Positions 11,770 to 24,532 of a stretch of DNA of 40,350 nucleotides are shown piece after piece. Position numbers and translations under genes: made by a program. Source of the DNA: Fonticula alba ATCC 38817 (Eukaryota; Protista; Nucleariida); the NCBI GenBank assembly GCA_000388065.2, contig KB932204.1. The stretch is one strand, 5' to 3'. The notes under the pieces were generated by a model. It was not told the origin of the DNA. It saw nothing but the letters and a program-made list of their open reading frames with translations, and ran no database searches. Positions within the stretch are counted from its first letter, which is position 1. Each line of letters opens with the position of its first letter.

Positions 11770-12509
11770 TCACTGATCGCGGGACTGAGCATCAAGGATG
11801 TCTACAGCGGGGGCGGAGGAGCGGGGGATGTTTGAAGGATAGAGAGGAATATACAAAATACATAGGTGTGTGTGTGTGTGTGTGTGTGTGTCAGATGGGG
11901 AGTGATGGATAAGTTGCAATGCAGAGGGGGGGGGGGAAGGAGAAGGAGTCGGATGTCCACATACCCTGCTTAGCGATGTTGATGGATGCGCCAGCAAGCT
12001 GAATGACGTTGAGAACCTGCTTGATGGCCATCACCGGGAAGGAGATGGCCATGACAAGCGGCACGAAGTTGACCAAGCCAAAGACTGTGCCGCGCGGGAG
12101 GGGGGGGGGGGCATAATGGGGAAAGCTCATGTGTGAGAAGGATGTCGAGAGCCGAGAGACGAAGCCGTGAGATGAGAGGGCAGCCCTCATATCATGCGCA
12201 CCACTGAAGCCGGACGTGTAGTAGTAAACAAAGCAGGCGAGGAAGAAGAGCTCATTACCGAAGCACATGCAGAAGAGCATGACCTGAGGAGCCAGAGCAG
12301 GGATGGGAGGGGTGCGCCGTCGATGGGACAGGAAGCTCATGGTCAGCAGACGGGCTGTGGACGGCCGGCCGGCGAGTGCATCGAAGGAGGGGCAAAGCAC
12401 AAGGACGCACCCGTGAGGTGTAATACAGACGAAGGAACCAGTTGCGGTTGGTATCCAGATCCTTGTGCGACTGAGAGCCGCTCAAAGTGGAACTACATTG
12501 GAACAAGAG

Positions 12510-12553
<44 letters not shown>

Positions 12554-13045
12554 AAGGTTAGCGGTGAGCGTTTGTCCTCGGAAATCCGAAGGGTTCAAGG
12601 AGAAGGCCCAGCAGCCAGCCGATGGAGATCTCAGTACGTACGCATACATGTGGATATAGTGGCTGGCGACATCCAGACTGAGCAGGCACTGGAAGGCCAG
12701 CATCCACGAGGGGAACATCTTGCCGAGAGACATCAGCAGGCAGGCAGTGGTGCAGCGATCGGTGACCATGTCGAGGGCCGCGCCGAAGCGGCTGCTCTGG
12801 CCGAGCATCCGCGCGGCCACACCGTCAAAGGCGTCCAGCATGGTGGACAGAACATAGAAGGAAACTGCCTGGACCGGGCGAGTAGTCGGGGTGGCAAAGG
12901 CCGCCAGGGCGAAAACCACACGCGCATAGCCGATCAAATTGGGCACCAGCAGGAAGACCTCGGAGGGCGTGCGAGGGGCCTTCCGGCGGGAGGCCTTGGG
13001 CTGGGGGAGGGCGGCGCCCATCGACACGGCGGCGTCCTTGGACAT
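11770..13045 (-). CDS. PIS1: CDP-diacylglycerol--inositol 3-phosphatidyltransferase (phosphatidylinositol synthase), 239 aa
   Basis: Exons 13045-12642, 12492-12411, 12283-12202, 12084-11965 and 11801-11770 (720 nt). Contains VPNLIGYARV, the CDP-alcohol phosphotransferase motif LDAFDGVAARMLGQSSRFGAALDMVTDR, LDVASHYIHMY, SHKD, GNELFF and KQVLNVIQL. Confidence 0.95.
11866..11891. repeat. (GT)n microsatellite in PIS1 intron 4
   Basis: About 13 GT units read directly. Confidence 0.9.
12511..12552. repeat. (TG)n microsatellite in PIS1 intron 1
   Basis: About 21 TG units read directly. Confidence 0.9.
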
Positions 13046-13819
13046 GGATCAGAGTGTGATGTGAACACACAGCAGGAGGAGGGGGAATGGCAGGAGGGAG
13101 CATAGATGGCCCAGCTGGATGCAGACTGCATGCGGGGAGGAGCCCGATAAATATCCCCCCCCCCCCCCCCTCCCCATCGAAGCCAGGCCCCGAGGCAGAA
13201 GATCGGCAGGCAGGGGCGGGGGGGGGGCAACAGGGGGGCAGATGCCCTTGGGCCAGGGACCTTGGGGGAGAAAGTGGAAATGTCAGGAAATACATGGCCA
13301 CCTCCAACGACCACAGCCAACACATGGACCCATAAGGGGGGGGGGAGGGACGCTGGTCAAGACCATCCGGCATTCACGTGCAACCTTGCGGAAAATAAAA
13401 AAATGATGTGCCGGCGCTTCTTTCGCGCGGGGGAGTCCCCATTCACACGTTCACCCTTGCCTGGGAACGGCGGGCTTCTCTGCCGGATGCCCCTCCCCGG
13501 GGACGATCAATCGACTCGCATCCAGGAACTCCTTGGCTGCCCCCTTCCAGGCCAGCCCGATCAAAAGGTCGAGCTTCTTTGGGCTCCCCGTTGCCACCTT
13601 CTCGCCTCTCCGGCCTCGGGTCCCGTCTTCCCGGGCAGGAGCTTTTGGCCAGCCACTCGGGCGACTTCGGCACACGAAAGCCGCAATAGACAGCCCCCGC
13701 CCCCGGCCCCTCACAAATAGTGCTCGGGAGGGATTCGTAGATGAGGAAGAAAAGAGGAGGAAAGAGAGGGCCAAGAAACAAGCAGACAGTAGCGACTGAC
13801 GCTGTGGTCGTGCGGCTGC

Positions 13820-13821
<2 letters not shown>

Positions 13822-13859
<38 letters not shown>
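13822..13859. repeat. Poly-G homopolymer (~38 nt)
   Basis: Read directly. It lies close to gap 13906-14027, which is followed by another G run. Confidence 0.85.
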
Positions 13860-13860
<1 letters not shown>

Positions 13861-14027
13861 AGGGGAGGAGAGGACAGAATAAAAGCCCGGGGACGGGAGA
13901 GCAAGNNNNNNNNNNNNNNNNNNNNNNNNNNNNNNNNNNNNNNNNNNNNNNNNNNNNNNNNNNNNNNNNNNNNNNNNNNNNNNNNNNNNNNNNNNNNNNN
14001 NNNNNNNNNNNNNNNNNNNNNNNNNNN

Positions 14028-14060
<33 letters not shown>

Positions 14061-14300
14061 ACGGGGGAAGGGAAGTTGAAACGAGCATTGTATTGTGTTG
14101 GAGGAGGGGGGGATAAACACACACGACCGCTGCAGGGGCCCGTGGAGAGTCTCTCGCCACGGGACGCTGAGTGGGATCATCGCGCAGTTTGGCGGTCATG
14201 ACACACGTCCAGTGATTGCCCCTTTACCGTAAGGCCGGGTGGAAGGAAGGGAAAGGGAGAAGAGGGGGGACCGGCTGGCCACACGGGGATGTGCATGAAA

Positions 14301-14302
<2 letters not shown>

Positions 14303-14337
<35 letters not shown>

Positions 14338-14380
14338 CGGGCGTGCGCGCGTGCGTGCGCGCGTGCGCGCGTGTGTGTAT
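14303..14380. repeat. (GT)n plus (GC/GT) alternating purine-pyrimidine tract
   Basis: (GT)16, then a short break, then gcgtgcgcgcgtgcgtgcgcgcgtgcgcgcgtgtgtgtat. Confidence 0.8.
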
Positions 14381-14678
14381 GGACGCATGCGGAAGTGCCC
14401 TCACAGGTGGGATGGGAGAATTCACGGCAAACACATGACGCGGACGCGCGGATACACACATACGCACGAGCGTGCGCAAGGGGGACATTCTGAAGAGGAG
14501 GCGGCGTGTGCAATTGTGAAGCGATGGCCATCGAAGGAGGGAGAGAAGAGTAGATTGGGGGGGGGGGGGTAATATGGGCCATCAATGCATATGCACAGTG
14601 TAGGAGGGAGGGAAGGAGGAGCAACAGTGCTTTGGGTCGGCAGTGTGAGCAAGTAAAGCAGCAGGGAACCCCTGCGTA

Positions 14679-15884
<1,206 letters not shown>

Positions 15885-18678
15885 GGTCGAGATGGGGGTA
15901 GGACGGGGGGAGGTGGGATGCGGAGGGGGGGGGGGAGAGGAAGAGGTGGAGAAGTGCAGGACAGGGAAGGAGGGGAGAGAATGAAAGGAGGGGGATGCTA
16001 AAGGGGGGAGAGTGTGTTTGAGGTGGCACCCCCTGGAGGTTGGGCCCCGACCAGTGAGGATTGCCTTGTACCCCCGCCGGCGCACATTGCGGCCTCCTGG
16101 CCCGGGCCCACACATCGGATCACCCGGGGCCTGGGGCTTGGATGGTGGTGGCGAGCAGGGGGGGGGGGGGCACCAGCAACCATCCGCCCCACCTTTCGAG
16201 CTGAGAAAGCTGGATGGGCCTGGAGGAAATGTTATTTTTTCCCCCGACCACCCGCGTTCGACAGCGTGCAGCTTTGCCTGAGCGCTCTTCTCAACGTTTC
16301 CCCCCTGGCGGAGGGCGTCTATCTGTCTGTCTCGCCGTCTCTCGGCCTTCGGGCCTGGGGGCGAGACACACCCCTCTCGGGGCTAAAGTCTACTGTCGGG
16401 AGAACACCCCCCCCCCCCCCCCCGGTGCCCTCTGCGTACTTGGGGCCTTTGTCAACCACCGCCAAAGATCCGGGTGTTATTTTTCTCGCTGTTTTGTGCT
16501 CCGGCGGGTGGCTTGTTTTTTTTTCCGCCCTGCTCGGGCCCCGCGTCTTCTCCGGTGACGGGGACCAAGAGAGAAGCCGGCGGACACGAAGAAGCATGCG
16601 CCGAGAGACGGTTCTTCTCCGGGGGGCCCCCCCCCCCCCCCCGCCCCCCGGTGCTAGACCCCTCTGAGGCCGCGCGATACCCTGGCCCCCACCTCGCAAG
16701 TCCCTTGACCACGGGCGCACTGGGATCGGGGACACACCGGCGTGGGGATGGTTAATGTTGCAGGCCCTCATGGGCATCGCGCGCGCGCCTCCCGACCTTG
16801 GTGTAATCTACCGCGCCAGCACCGATGTGCTACCTGGCGAACAGGGTGGACTTACGCCCGAGCGCTTCGCAAGACAAAGGCCCCGTCCCCCGCTGCCTCC
16901 ATTGTCCGGCGGCCTGGCGCTTCGTGTGCGTGCGTCCCTGCGTTGGGTGGGCGGGGGGGGGGGGGGGGGGTACGAACAAATGAAGCTTGTCTCCCCCCCT
17001 CCCTCGCCCCTCGCCCCCTTCCCCCTCGCCGTCCAGCCCTCAGGCCCCGCGGCGGGCGCCTTCCCGAAAGGCGAGCTCCAGAGCCCCCTGCCCCCACCCC
17101 GGGGGGGGGGGGCGAGGGCGGATACGGGCCTGGGGCGCCGTGGCTTGGGGAATCACATTGACCCCTCTTTTGTGCCTCTCCTCGGGTGTCCCCCCCCCCC
17201 GCCCCCGCCCCCTCGCCCCCCGGGCGCGTCTGTGGGGCTGCGAGGTGCTCGGGCGTGTGGAAAAACCTGACATACGCTCTTGCGCGCCACTGGCCCAGGC
17301 CCCCGCCTCGGCGGCGCCTCTCCGCAGTTATGCAAGAGACAATGTTGGTGCCGCGGCCTCGGGGGGGCGGGGGGGTGGGCCGGGGGGGGGGGGGGGGGGG
17401 GGGGGGCAGCGGCGATCAATCAGCTCTGTCGATCACACACCCCTCACCCCCGGGGGTGGGGGAATGCATCGCCGCGCGCACGCGTCAGGCTTGGGCTCTT
17501 CCCGATCGCGCACGAGCGCAAGGGCCTCGTTCGCCCCGGAGGCGGCGAGTGTGTGAGTGAGGGGGGGGGGGGAACACGCAGTCGGCCGGGACGAAAAGGC
17601 GGCGGGTTGAGCATGCCAAGAAAATCGCTGAGAAGACACACCCAAACGGACTGATGCCGGGGGGGGGGGGGTGCGAATGGGGTTGCCCTGCTTGAGATGC
17701 GAACACGGCTAGAGAGGTGCCCAGCCCGCGGGCCGTCCAGGCAGGCAGCGGGGGAGGAAAGGATGGAGGAAGAACAACGCTCTTCTGGATGAACGCACCG
17801 CCCCCCCCCCCGGGGGGCAGGGGCGCGGGACCAACCTGACCGTCCCCAGCCAGGGCACAGGTTTCTCCCCCTAGGCAGGTGCCAGAGCACGAGGGGGGGG
17901 GGGAGGGGGCGGGGCGGGGGGACTCCCGCCCACAGCGCAAGGTCACTTCTGCGGCGGTTGCGGAGGAGCCCAAAAATGCGAGAGGTATCACGCGACAATC
18001 ACACCTCACGCCCAGCCCTCATTTAGGGTTACATCTTGGGCCCACGCACGAGACCTGCCCCGCACCCGGAAAGGAGCATCCCACACGGCCTTCCCCCTCC
18101 TTGCCGATATACTTGGCTCAGCGGGGGGCGGGCTGAGGGGGCGGGCTGGGGGGCGGGCTGGGGTGCTCACCCGGACGGGGGCGAGGGGGGGGGGGGCTTG
18201 CCAGAGGGTGCGTCGAAGCCGGAAAGGGCGCCTCTCCTCTTTCCGCCTGGCTGGAGACCCAATCTTCGCACAAGTCAGGCCCCGCAGCCGAGGAGGCGTC
18301 CACGTCGGGAACTCCCTCGCCCGACATCGCTCTCTCTCTGTCTCTCTCATCTCCCGAGCCCGAATGCGTGCCTTCTCCTTTTGCTCCTCTTGTGTGTCCA
18401 ACTCGCCACGCCTCCAGCATCCTCCCGCCCCCGCCCTGCTGGCCATCCCGAGCCAGGGGGCGCACACTGATCCCTCTGCAGAAGCACACACGCCCGTTCT
18501 CTGTGAACATATAGGTGTATGTGTAACAAAAAAAAGGGGCAAATGTGTTTGTGTGTGCGGCGGCGGGTTCCTGCTCGCCCCCCGGGTACGTGCCGTGCGC
18601 GCCAGTGCGCGCACACACGCGCACCAGAAGAGGGAGGGCATCTAGGTGTCTCGAGAGCGCACTCCCCTCCTTCGGCAT

Positions 18679-21055
18679 TTACTGGAGGATGGCGTTCCCG
18701 TCCTTGATCTCACCCCAGCCAATCAGGCTGGATCATCGGGGGGCGGGGGAAATTGAATGTCAGTGGAACATACACAGCAGGACAGGGGGGGGGGGGGAAT
18801 GAGGGGGAGATATGACACCGCCACATGGAGGGCCATACGCCCGAGCAAACAGGGCCCCCATGTGTGTGGGCATTTTTTTGATGGGAAAAAAAACAAATAT
18901 CCCTGTGCGTGGGAGAGGAGGGGGGCCGGCATTTCCCGCCATAAGCAGACCATCGCACAGGCACAGGGGATGGATGGAAAAGGAGGCGAGAGGAGATGAG
19001 CATGGCAAAGACGCACCGCCAGTGGTTGTCAATACGACGGGAGAGGGCCACCTTGGCCGGGATCTCAGTGCACACCGGGCTGGTCAGGGCAATGACCGCG
19101 GTGTCGCCCTTGATGGAGGTGATGCGGCCACCGACGGAAGTGGAGCCGACGTTGACCATGAGGATCTCACCGTTGTCCAGGCGCTGGACACGGGTGGCCT
19201 TGCCACGGCCCTCGGTACGGACACCGAGCAGACGACGGAGCAGGAAGTAATCCACGGTGATGACATCGTAGACGCTGTGCAGGGACCCCTTGCGGCCGAG
19301 GACCTGGCCGACCAGGCGATCGGCACGGCAGAGCATCGGGTCGATCTTGGTACCGACACCAATCAGGCCACCGGGAACGGCGCGCAGCAGCTCGTTGGAC
19401 TCGGCGAAGAGAGAAACAACCTTGGAGACGATGGGCCGGCACACGAAGGAGCCACCAGCCTCGCGCTCGATGATACCGGGGCGGACCTCAATCTCGTCGC
19501 CAATCTGCGACAAATGGGGAAGGGGCAGAGAGAGAGAGAGAGGAGGGGGCGGAGAAGCGGAAAGCAAGGAGCGGAGAGCATAGCAGGGGGCGGAACATGT
19601 TAGCACGAAGAGAAGAACCCCCCGGCAGGCCGCCACACGGCAAGCGGGCACGCACCTTGAGGACACCCTTGAGGATGGAGCCACCGGCCACACCACCCTT
19701 GAGGGAGTTGACATCGGCACCGGGCTTGTTGATCTCGAAGGAGCGGATGATGATCATCGTCGGCTCGGAGGTGAAGTCACGAACGGGGATCGGGACATTC
19801 TTGACGAGAGCCTCGACCAGGGCATCAATGTTGTACTTCAGCTGGGCCGAGATCGGGATGATGGGGGCAGTCTCGGCAGAGGTGCCCTTGACGAACTTCT
19901 GGATCTGCTGGTAGTTCTCCTCGGCCTGGGTGTCCTTGATGAGATCGATCTTGTTCTGCAGGACGATCAGGTGGTTGAGCTTCATGATCTCAATGGCAGC
20001 CAGATGCTCGGAGGTCTGGGGCTGGGGGCACTCCTGTGTGACCGGGCGGGGCGGGGGAAGGTGGAGGGCATTTTCTTCTTGGCGTGAGTGGGGGGGGGGG
20101 GGGCGCGCCGGAGAGTGGCCAGGGAACCGGGAGGGAGGGGCAAGGCAAGGCAAGGCAAGAGCATGGATCTCGGCACGGACCTCGTTACCGGCAACCAGGA
20201 GAATGGCGGCGTCCATGACGGCCGCACCGTTAAGCATGGTGGCCATGAGAATATCGTGACCCGGGCAATCGACGAAGGAGACATGGCTGAGGGGAAGCAT
20301 GCCAAGGAAGGCCAGGTGAGTCGGGACCATCGATCAGCGGGCCGAAGAGCAACGACAAGGGGGAGACGCACCGGAGCAGCTCCATCGGGCTGGAGCACAC
20401 CTCGCAGGGGGGGTTGTCCTCCTTGCCGGAGCCATAGGCGCGATAGCAGCCAGGGCGCTGGCAAGAGGCGCTGGAGCACTTGTACAGCTGTGGAGGTGGA
20501 GAGCAAACGGTTGAGAAGGAGCATGCGTCAGAGGAGGCGCCATCGAGGAGGATGCATGCCACACAGTGGCGTGCGTGCGTGTGTGTAGGCAGGGGGGGGG
20601 GGACCGCGTGGGGGCCTCTTTCTAGTGCCGCGGTGCGCGGGGAACAAGACAACGACGCACCTTGGCATTGGCATAACCCAGCTTGATGGTAATGTTACGC
20701 TCGAGCTCGTTCTTGAAGCGGACGGTCTGCGGGCATATGGCCATTGCGGGCAGGAGGGTCAGAAAGGGCCAGGCAAGGGTGCATGAGGGGGGAGCAAGAA
20801 GCACGAACCTGGACACCGGTCAGGGCACGGACAACGGTGGACTTACCGTGAGCGACGTGACCAATGGCACCTGGAGAGGGGAGGGGTCAAAGGGAGGAGC
20901 GCGTCAGTCCATGTGGCTGCGAGAGGGGGAGAGCGGAGGTCGAGAGATGGAGGCGGGAGAGGAGGAAGGGCGCAAGGGGACGGACCGATGTTGATCGTCG
21001 CCTGGCGAGAGATAACCTCGAGGCTGGTGGGGGTGAGCTCATGGTCGGGAGTCAT
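18679..21055 (-). CDS. EIF2S3: Eukaryotic translation initiation factor 2 subunit gamma, ~444 aa
   Basis: Exons 21055-20986, 20870-20809, 20726-20661, 20487-20372, 20286-20181, 20033-19656, 19504-19017 and 18727-18679 (1335 nt). Contains [68 protein letters not shown] and HWRLIGWG. An additional upstream exon cannot be excluded. Confidence 0.97.
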
Positions 21056-22008
21056 CGTGTGGTGGGTTCTCCGTGCGCAGCTGCGAGGGCGGAGCATACC
21101 ACGTGGAAGCCAAAGGGGGGCAGGTGTCAGGAAGAGTGAGAGGTCTGAAGGGGAAGAGGCGAAAGGCGAAGAGGCGATTGGAGGAGGTGGTGGAGGTGAG
21201 GGCGCGACCACCAAAGTGGAAGACCATCACATCCGACCAGCCTCGAAGAGGCTCCCGTCATGGCAAAAGTCAAGGTCTGACGTCTTGACAGCAGCCAAAA
21301 AAAAGGGAGGCAGGCGAGCTAGATGTGTGCGTGTGCGGTGGAGGGGGGTGGGGGCATGCATGTGCGACATGCCGCGACATGCTGCGGCATGCGAAGTAGC
21401 GCAGGCCAACAGCGAGCGCGGCTGGGACAACAGAAGCTGGCCAAAGAGAGAGAGAGGGCTACACCGCGGAACACAAGCAAACCTCCTCCTGCGAGGAGGC
21501 AAGAAGGCGCTGCCAAGGCATGGGGGGGGGTGCCAGGCAGCAAGGGAGCGAGGCGCAAATGCCGGATGGCGGGGATGGCAGGGAGGGCGGAGGGGCGAGA
21601 TGCGTACAGGCAGTGAAAAGGGGAAAAGCAGGAAGAGGAGGAGGAGGAGAAAGAAAAGGAGGGAGAGAGGCCTTTTCCAGAGGGGAGAGGCCCTCGAATG
21701 CGTCGATGGGCGGCCAGGATGGCAACCGAAAAAGGGGAAAATGCGAGGAAGAGACGAGAAGGGCGACACGGGGCATAGGGCTTTCCGGCAAACACCCCGA
21801 CCCTCAGGGAGAGGATGAGTCCCGGGGGGGGGGGGGGGGGGGGGCGAGGACAAGAAGGAGCGCCCAAGACCCCGAGGCCTTCCCTGCCCTCTCTAGCTCG
21901 CCGTCCGGGAGCGCCTCCACCCTGGGGTCTCCCTCTCACGCGTTGCCCAAACTTGCCCCCAAAAATCCCCTCCCTCCCGCCGTTTCCCCCCCGCCATCAT
22001 GTTCATTT

Positions 22009-22043
<35 letters not shown>

Positions 22044-22707
22044 GCGGGCCACCACCCCCGCCAAGAAATCAAGTGCCATGAGTGCGTTGGCTCTCGTCGG
22101 GCCCTCCCCTTTTGAACCCTATGCCGGCAGAGTCGTGCGTCCCTGCCGGCGGCCTTTGGTCGCGCTCTCGCAAATGGCCAGACTAGAAGCGCCTGCCAGG
22201 CCGGCCGCTCGGCCGCATGCCGGACCCTGCACCACGGAATCCCGGTTGGTTGTGGCCCAGGCAACAGCCCCGCACACCAACGCGGAACATTGGAAGGCCG
22301 CCGAGTAGATCCCCTAGCCCCAGGCCGGTGGCGAACCGGTCTTCGCACGCGGGCATCGACACCGGATTCCGGCGACCTCGCATCCGGGCTCCCCCCGGGA
22401 GTAAGCCCCCTGCTGGCTGCTCACATGCATGCTGAACTGCATAAACCGGCAAGGCGTGCCTGTCGGTCAAGAAACGCGAGAGACTACTTTTCGAGAGGCG
22501 GCGCGGGTGAGCGAGGGGACCCCGGGCCGGGCACGAGCCGGGCCCAAGGGCCACGCACGCACGCACGCGCACACGGGGGGTGTTCCCGGTGCTCGGGGTG
22601 TGAGTTCATACCACCCCTTCCCAAGCCCCCCCCCCCCCGAGGGGACGCACGCCAGGCGAAAAGGGGACAGGAAGCGGGCGCGTTGGTTTGATAGAATGAA
22701 ATGGCAT

Positions 22708-22713
22708 TTTATT
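22708..22713 (-). promoter_or_regulatory. AATAAA polyadenylation signal of TRAPPC5
   Basis: TTTATT on the + strand, 40 nt past the TRAPPC5 stop, in an AT-rich patch. Confidence 0.55.
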
Positions 22714-22752
22714 GCGTTGTGATATGGAGCAGGGTCACGGGATACTTGATGG

Positions 22753-23983
22753 CTACTGGCCGGTTGGCGAGTTGATAGGCGACCAGCTGCCACCGGATTC
22801 CAGGCGCTTGCAGCGATCGTGCACCGACTGCTCGAACATGACCATGTAGACTGTCCGGCTGGGGAGATCCTTGGAAGCGTGGTTGTGGGCTGACACCGAG
22901 GCAGGCTGGGCGGGTGCGCACGCCGAGCGACTCGCGTCGAGTCAGTGCAAAGAGAGGCCGGGGGAAGAGTAGAAGCGGCGGAGGGAAAGGAGGAAGGGAG
23001 AGAAGAAAAAAGCAGGAGGCGTACGAATTGAGCACGCTCAAGGAAGCCCGCAATGATCCCGGCATTGTAGGCGCCGCAATTGAGATCCTTCATGTCGGCC
23101 GGGACCGAAATAAATTGCGAGACAACCGGGTCATCATCGATCAGGTAGTCTGGAGGGCCCGGGGGGGGAGGGGGGGGGGGCGGGGACGGGGAAGGTCCGG
23201 GAGAAGGGAGCCGAGACAAGAAAAAAGAAGAGCCCAGATCGAAGGGAGTCAGAGGAACTCGAAGGGTGGAAGGAGGAAACGCGCGCAGGGGGTACTGAAG
23301 GACGGACAGTGGTTGCGCGAGGTGTCCCGCTCGATCGGCCCCAGGCGCGTGCCATACAGCATGGGAAAGAGGACAGTCTGAATGATCTGGAGGATCTCCA
23401 CGATGGTGGTGCTCCGGAGGAGGGGAGTGCTCTGTTCGCCAAGGCCGGAGCCACGAATGTATGCTAGCTCCACGGCGCGGATGCCCACCGAGTAGCCCAC
23501 CTCGAAGAGACTTCAGGAGAAGGGAGGAGTCAGTGATGGGGCTCGACATGCCAGCCGCGGTGAGGGGAGGGGAGAGGAGAAGGAAGACCGGAGAGAGGAG
23601 GAGAGGAGGGGAATCCAGAGAGCCGGGGCGACGCACCGCTGTTCGATCTTCTCAATGCCGCCGCCAGCTTCGTTGGCCATTTTGACGATCTCCGAAAAGA
23701 GGAAGGCCAGCGCAGCGAGGCTGACCCGGCCATAAATGTTTGGCCCCTTGCGGACAGAACGCTGGGCGGGATTCTTGCGTGTCGGCTGGGCAGCAGCCGC
23801 GGCCACAGCAGCCGTGGCGGCGCGCATTTGGGCAGCAGCCGCGGCGGTGGGCTGCTGCTGTCCGGGGGTCATTGTCCCGGTGGCGACGACGGCGTCGCCG
23901 GAACTACCCGCCTGGGCCCCGGCGTTCTGTGAGGTGGGCGGCAGCGAGGAGCTCGAGAGGTGGAATCCCGGCAGCGAGGACAT
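22753..23983 (-). CDS. TRAPPC5: TRAPP complex subunit 5 / Trs31 (Bet3 family), ~275 aa, with an Ala/Gln-rich N-terminal extension
   Basis: Exons 23983-23637, 23510-23308, 23149-23025 and 22905-22753 (828 nt). Contains VSLAALAFLFSEIV, GYSVGIRAVEL, YYLIDDDPVVSQFISVPADMKDLNCGAYNAGIIAGFL and FPASVSAH..TVYMVMFEQSV. Confidence 0.9.
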
Positions 23984-24532
23984 GATCGAAGGAGAAGGCC
24001 ACGGGGGAAGGGGGAGAAGGATCGAGGGAGAGGGGGAGGGAGGGAAGAAAGCAGCAGGCGAAGCGGGACAGGGGGAGGGGGGGGAAACGGGTTGTCCAGC
24101 TCCCCTGGCCCCCCCCCGGGGGGAACATCAGCGGGGCAAACTATGAATGGGTGTTATTTTGATTCCGGCTGAGCATGTGATCGGCCGAGCTCGGTGCGCC
24201 ACCAAGAATCAGATCGCCGGAAGGATGACAGAAAAATACCCCTACGTATATAGGCATATATTTTTCGATGCAGACCAATGCCGAAGACCCAATGTCACTT
24301 TTGCCAAGAAACAAGATCCCCCTCCCCCNNNNNNNNNNNNNNNNNNNNNNNNNNNNNNNNNNNNNNNNNNNNNNNNNNNNNNNNNNNNNNNNNNNNNNNN
24401 NNNNNNNNNNNNNNNNNNNNNNNNNNNNNNNNNNNNNNCCCTCGCCGCCGCCCCCCCCCCCCCCCCCGCCCCCGCTCATCCCCCGGTACCGGCCGCAATC
24501 TCTCTTTCTCCTGGAGCTCGGTTCCCACGACA

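Noticed and set aside
20372-20487. Cys-rich zinc-knuckle in eIF2-gamma and the GAIGH variant of GTIGH
   Set aside because: The knuckle is a normal eIF2-gamma feature, and the single substitution lies outside the core GxxxxGKS residues.
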